DNA from: Chrysemys picta bellii
Taxonomy: Eukaryota
Assembly (NCBI RefSeq): GCF_011386835.1
Contig: NW_027052824.1
Coordinates: forward strand, 1 to 64,000
Length of the DNA stretch: 64,000 nt
Reading direction: 5' to 3'
Shown here piece after piece: positions 59,870 to 64,000 of this stretch. A program made the position numbers and the translations under genes. The notes under the pieces were generated by a model, which ran no database searches, was not told the origin of the DNA, and saw only the letters and a program-made list of their open reading frames with translations. Each line of letters starts with the position of its first letter. Positions within the stretch are counted from its first letter, which is position 1.

Positions 59870-62340
59870 GGCCTGTCCCTGCCCCATCTCTGGTTAACAG
59901 ATCTACGGGCTGTGAAAAAAGTTGCACAGCTTTTCTGCAATTGCAGTCCTGGCTCTTCCTGAGCGCTCTGGGTGCTGCGTGATCCAGGGGGGCTGCAGCA
60001 GCCATGGACGGACACCCCCTGCCCCTACACCCTCAGCAGTGTGCCTGTGACTGAGTCGTGTCAGTGACGTGACTAATGCAGGAGGCCCATGAGCGGCCGT
60101 TCAGGCAGCCCCTGCCCCTGCATTGATGGCTGAGCACACAGCACACCTGGTAAGCCCAGAGCTGTGTGTGTGAGTGCACAGGAGTCCTGGAAAGAGACTC
60201 AGGCCCAGATTCTCTCCCCCTCGCCTCCCTTTGTACTGCCCCAGTAACCCAAAGGTTTGGAAATGACCTCAACTCCTCCCTCGAGGCCCGGCTCGTTCCT
60301 ATGCCAGCTCAGCCCATTCGGAGTAGGATGACCACCTTTTCAAAAGACACATGGAGGAGCCCTGTCCCCCCTCAGTGGCACCACCCTGCCTCTCTTCTTC
60401 CACCTGAGGCCCCACCCCCTGCTCCTTCTCTTCCTCCATGGCCCCGACCCTACCCAGGCTGGAAGCTGGAGCCTTGTCGTGGCAAGAGATATCCAGAGAG
60501 TCCTGATGTTTCACTTCCCTGGGCAGGAGGGCGAGGGGACATGAGAGCATCTCCTAGTCCGTGTTCCCACCCACCAGGACCCGCCATACATTGAAGGTGG
60601 CGATTCCGGGGCTCCCCACAGTGACCTGAGGCCTGAGGTAAAGAGGAGGAAAAGGGGGAAGGGCCTCAGGAGAAGGGGAGGAACAGGGGGTGGCTGGATC
60701 TAAGGGGAAAATGAGCAGGGGATGTGGCAAGCCTGAACCAATGCAGACCCCAACAAGGAGGTCGTGGGGAACTCCTGAGTAAAGGAGGACGATGGAGCTG
60801 GAGGGTAGGAGAGGCACCTGAGTCACAGAGCAGTGCCCGGACCACAAGTCCAGCCTTCCAGCTATCTGAGTGGTGACAGTCCCAGCTGGAGTCTCTTCTG
60901 TGCCAGAAGAGCTCCCCACTGTGCTACACAGAGCGGGGATGGCAAGGAGACAGTTACAGTGATTGATTCACTGGCCTGTTCTCCCCCCTGTATCAGGGGA
61001 GTATAGAGCAGCCTGGGGGCTGGGCTGACCTCTGCCCAGTGGTAACGGCTTCCAAGAGCACAGCACATTCTGGCCACATCCCAGCAGATGGGTGTCACCC
61101 CAGAGTGCCCCCTTGGGGCCTGAGGTGGCCCTGCACATGCCCTGCCCTTCCGTCTAAGCTCCTTGCAATGACGTACTCTCAGCCTGGAATACTTGAAAGC
61201 CCCCTTTGTGGGGTCACATTAATTCAGTCTCCTCCAAAACACAGGCTCTCCTACCTTACAGCCCCATCCTCCTCCTTTACTCAGGAGCCCTCCCACACCC
61301 ACCCTGCTTGCTGGGGTCAGCATTTGTTCAGGCTTGCCACACCCACTACCCCATCTCTTTTCCTGAGGCCCTACCCCATCTCTTATCAGAAGGCCCTTCC
61401 CCTTGTTCCTCCTCTTCCCCTGAGGCTCCATCCCCCAGCCACATCAGAGCTAGACTGTGGTAAGAGCTGCTCCGGGAGCCCAGGCCCCTGTGGGGAGCCC
61501 CGGGCTCTCCACCTTTCCTGGATTTTAAGTTCTGGAGTGTGGGCACACAGGCTGGGGTCTTTCCTTCAGTCCCCCAGTGAACTGCCCAGGGCAGATGGAG
61601 GGTTTTGACTTCTCAGAGTGGCTCTGGATCCTGGCAACTCTCACCATGTCCCAGCTCTGGCTTCTGGTCTGGAGAGGGTGCAGAGCCTTCACCAGTGAGG
61701 AGGACCAGGGGGTGGGGTCTTGGTGGAAGAGATGGGGCGGGGGAAGGGATCCTCGTGGGTGGAGGAAGAGTAGAGAGGCAGTGGGGACGGTGCTCCTGCA
61801 GGTGTCTCGCTTTTGTCTTTTGAAAAGATGGTCACTCTACGCAGAATGGGCTGGGCTGGGATTGGAGCTAGAGGTGCCTCTGCGGGGGAGTTGAGGACCA
61901 TTTCCAACCATTTTCAGTGCAGCACAAATGGATGGTGGGAAAAGGGAATCTGGGCCTGAGTCTCTTTCCAGGACTCGTGTGTGTCAGACCCTCACTCACA
62001 CACGCAGCTCTGCTCTGCCTCGGTGAGGAGGGGGCTCAGCACGTGTGTGGTGTGCAGAGCCATCAATGGGGCCGGGGGGCCTGAATAGCTTCTCCTGGGT
62101 CTCCTCCATGAATCATGCATCGGACACGACTCAATCACTAGCACCTGGCTGAGGAGGTAGGGGAAGGATGGGTGACCGTTCCCTTTCAATAGCCCCTGTC
62201 CACAGCTGGTGCAGTGCTCATGGATCACGCCGCACCCAGAGGGTTTGGGAATCACCAGGACGGTGACTGCAGAACAGCTCTGCAGCTTTTTTCATGGCCC
62301 ATTGGATATTTAACTAAAGACAATGGGACAGTGACAGGCC
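59870..62340. repeat. Old inverted duplication: arms at about 59870-60830 and 61230-62340
   Basis: Collinear reverse-complement matches include GAGTCCTGGAAAGAGACTCAGGCCCAGATTC, GTGGCAAGCCTGAAC, CTCCTGAGTAAAGGAGGA and CTCTGGGTGC.GCGTGATCCA. Confidence 0.88.
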
Positions 62341-62343
62341 AGG

Positions 62344-63485
62344 TGTAATGGGAAACAACACAAACATCCCTTCTCTTTATTGAGTGTATCGACAGGAATT
62401 CTGAGATCAGAGCAGCCACCGATTCTTGCATCTGAAGAAGTAAGGTTCTTACCCACGAAAGCTTATGCTCCCAATACTTCTGTTAGTCTTAAAGGTGCCA
62501 CAGGACCCTCTGTTGCTTTCTAGGTATGGAAGATGAATTTTTAAACCTGGTTCAAGCCTTACACAGAATTCCTGCTTATAGCATTGCTGCTTCATGTTTC
62601 CTTGTCTGAAGAACAACAGACAAAGGGAAAGTTTCTTTCCCAATTTTAAAAAGTTTTAGCCTTCCCATTGGCATTTTTGGTCAGGTGTCCACTCCCTTTT
62701 CTTTTACCTGTGGGTTTGTTAACCCTTTACAGGTAAAGGAAGCAGAGAACAGACACCAAGAGGGATTTTACAGCTAACTGGCTGGATGGATGTTCATAAA
62801 AGGGAGCTACCCTCACTCCCCACTTCATTTATCACACGCCCCCCCAAATCACAGATGGTGCTGGCTATCCTGGTTCAGGTCGGGTCCATACTGGCTGGGA
62901 TTTCTTCCTGGAGGTTTAGGAAACAGAGTTTATAAGTTACATGCAATGCTAATTTTACTAATTACATGAAGAACTAAACAGAACTTTTCACATTTGAAGG
63001 ACTACAATGACTTAGAATGCAGCGACATTTTTACGTGGCTGATTCTGGGAACCCTTCCCAGGAGAGTGCATCAGCCATTTTGTTAGAGGCTCCTGAAATG
63101 TGTTGTATCACAAAATCAAAGTACTGAAGAGCTAAACTGCACCGAAGATGTTTTTTGTTAGTCTCTTTGACTGTGTGAAGCCACTTCAGTGCAGCATGGT
63201 CAGTCTACAGGTGGAAACACCGTCACCAAATGTATGGGCGTAGCTTTTTCAGAGCATACACAATGGCGTAACATTCTTTTTCTGAGACTGACCAGTGGCT
63301 TTGACTCTCAGAAAGTTTTTTGCTGATAAACATGACAGGATGAAATTGTTGATGTGGTCCTTACTGCATTAAAACTACTCCTACACCACGCTCGGACGCA
63401 TCTGTGGTTGCCCATGAATCTGAGAATATCGCCAGTGCATTTCGCAGTCCGAAAGGGAGCTACCCCCTCACCTTCATTTATCACA
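62344..63485 (-). mobile_element. Heavily deleted Gypsy (Gmr1-like) provirus: 5' LTR stub, RT remnant, RNase H, PPT and 3' LTR
   Basis: The LTR start TGTGATAAATGAAG occurs at 63485 and 62836, with PPT GGGGGGGCG adjacent to 62836. RNase H reads TDASERGVGVVLMQ...EKECYAIVYAL...TDHAAL...NKMADALS and stops at 63031-63033. Confidence 0.88.
62428..62468 (+). ncRNA. Minimal hammerhead motif in a PLE tail fragment (core intact, helix II damaged)
   Basis: GCAT-CTGAAGA-A-GTAAGG ttctt ACCCAC-GAAA-GCTT-ATGC, followed by the PLE tail TTAGTCTTAAAGGTGCCACAGG. Confidence 0.75.
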
Positions 63486-63599
63486 CATGCCCTCGCATGC
63501 CCTACTGAGTCATAGCATATTTGTTAGTCTCTAAGGTGCCACAAGTACTCCTGTTCTTTTTGAGTCATAACAGCCATTACCCATAGGCTGTCTGGCGCA

Positions 63600-63940
63600 T
63601 TCTCAGGAAGGCTCACCTGGTGGGGGATAAACTTCTCCTAAGGCCTATTGTTTCCTCTAATGGCCCATTACCCTGAACTGGCCCTTCACAACTAGTTGTC
63701 TTCAATAGAAACATTCTACTTAGTGGTCGTCAAGCTACATTTGAAATACAGATACATAGTCAATGTTCATAAGTTCAGATATAAAAATGATACATGCACA
63801 CAAATAGGATCATCATATTCTGAAAACCATAACTTTTCCATAGACATGTCACAGGACATATTTTGTACAAGATACGTTATAACTATGTCATAATCATATC
63901 ACAATGATACTTCTGGGATGAATATGGGGGCAGTGTCACA
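63600..63940 (-). mobile_element. LTR 5' fragment (family of 34219-34790)
   Basis: The reverse complement starts TGTGACACTG and aligns with the 34219 LTR. Confidence 0.6.
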
Positions 63941-64000
63941 ACCGCCTCTTCATGGTGCATATAACAAGCTCAGGTTCTTTGGGAAAAGACATACTTTTCC

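Overview
Vertebrate genomic DNA, almost certainly from a turtle (it carries a tortoise-type Pol III/SINE and turtle-style CR1 tails). The window is part of a class I olfactory receptor (OR51/OR52-type) gene cluster with all six OR loci on the + strand. Four have intact ORFs: one OR52B2-like gene and three close family-52 paralogues, each in its own tandem-duplicated unit. One OR51-type gene is broken only by a single missing C in a homopolymer, and one OR is a clear pseudogene. The rest is mostly transposon debris, often nested: CR1 LINEs, Penelope-like elements with GIY-YIG endonuclease and hammerhead-ribozyme motifs, Gypsy pol fragments in integrase-before-RT order, solo LTRs, hAT, Harbinger and Tigger-like elements, and SINEs. 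Most short ORFs in the track are repeat-derived or antisense shadows of OR genes. I found no CRISPR array, rRNA or true tRNA gene, and nothing I can defend as a wholly new biological system. The best leads are a tRNA-promoter-bearing solo-LTR-like element, the hammerhead motifs, stop-codon drift among the OR paralogues, two predicted OR promoters with non-coding first exons, and an old inverted duplication at about 59.9-62.3 kb. All alignments were made by eye, so repeat boundaries without a stated target-site duplication (TSD) are approximate.
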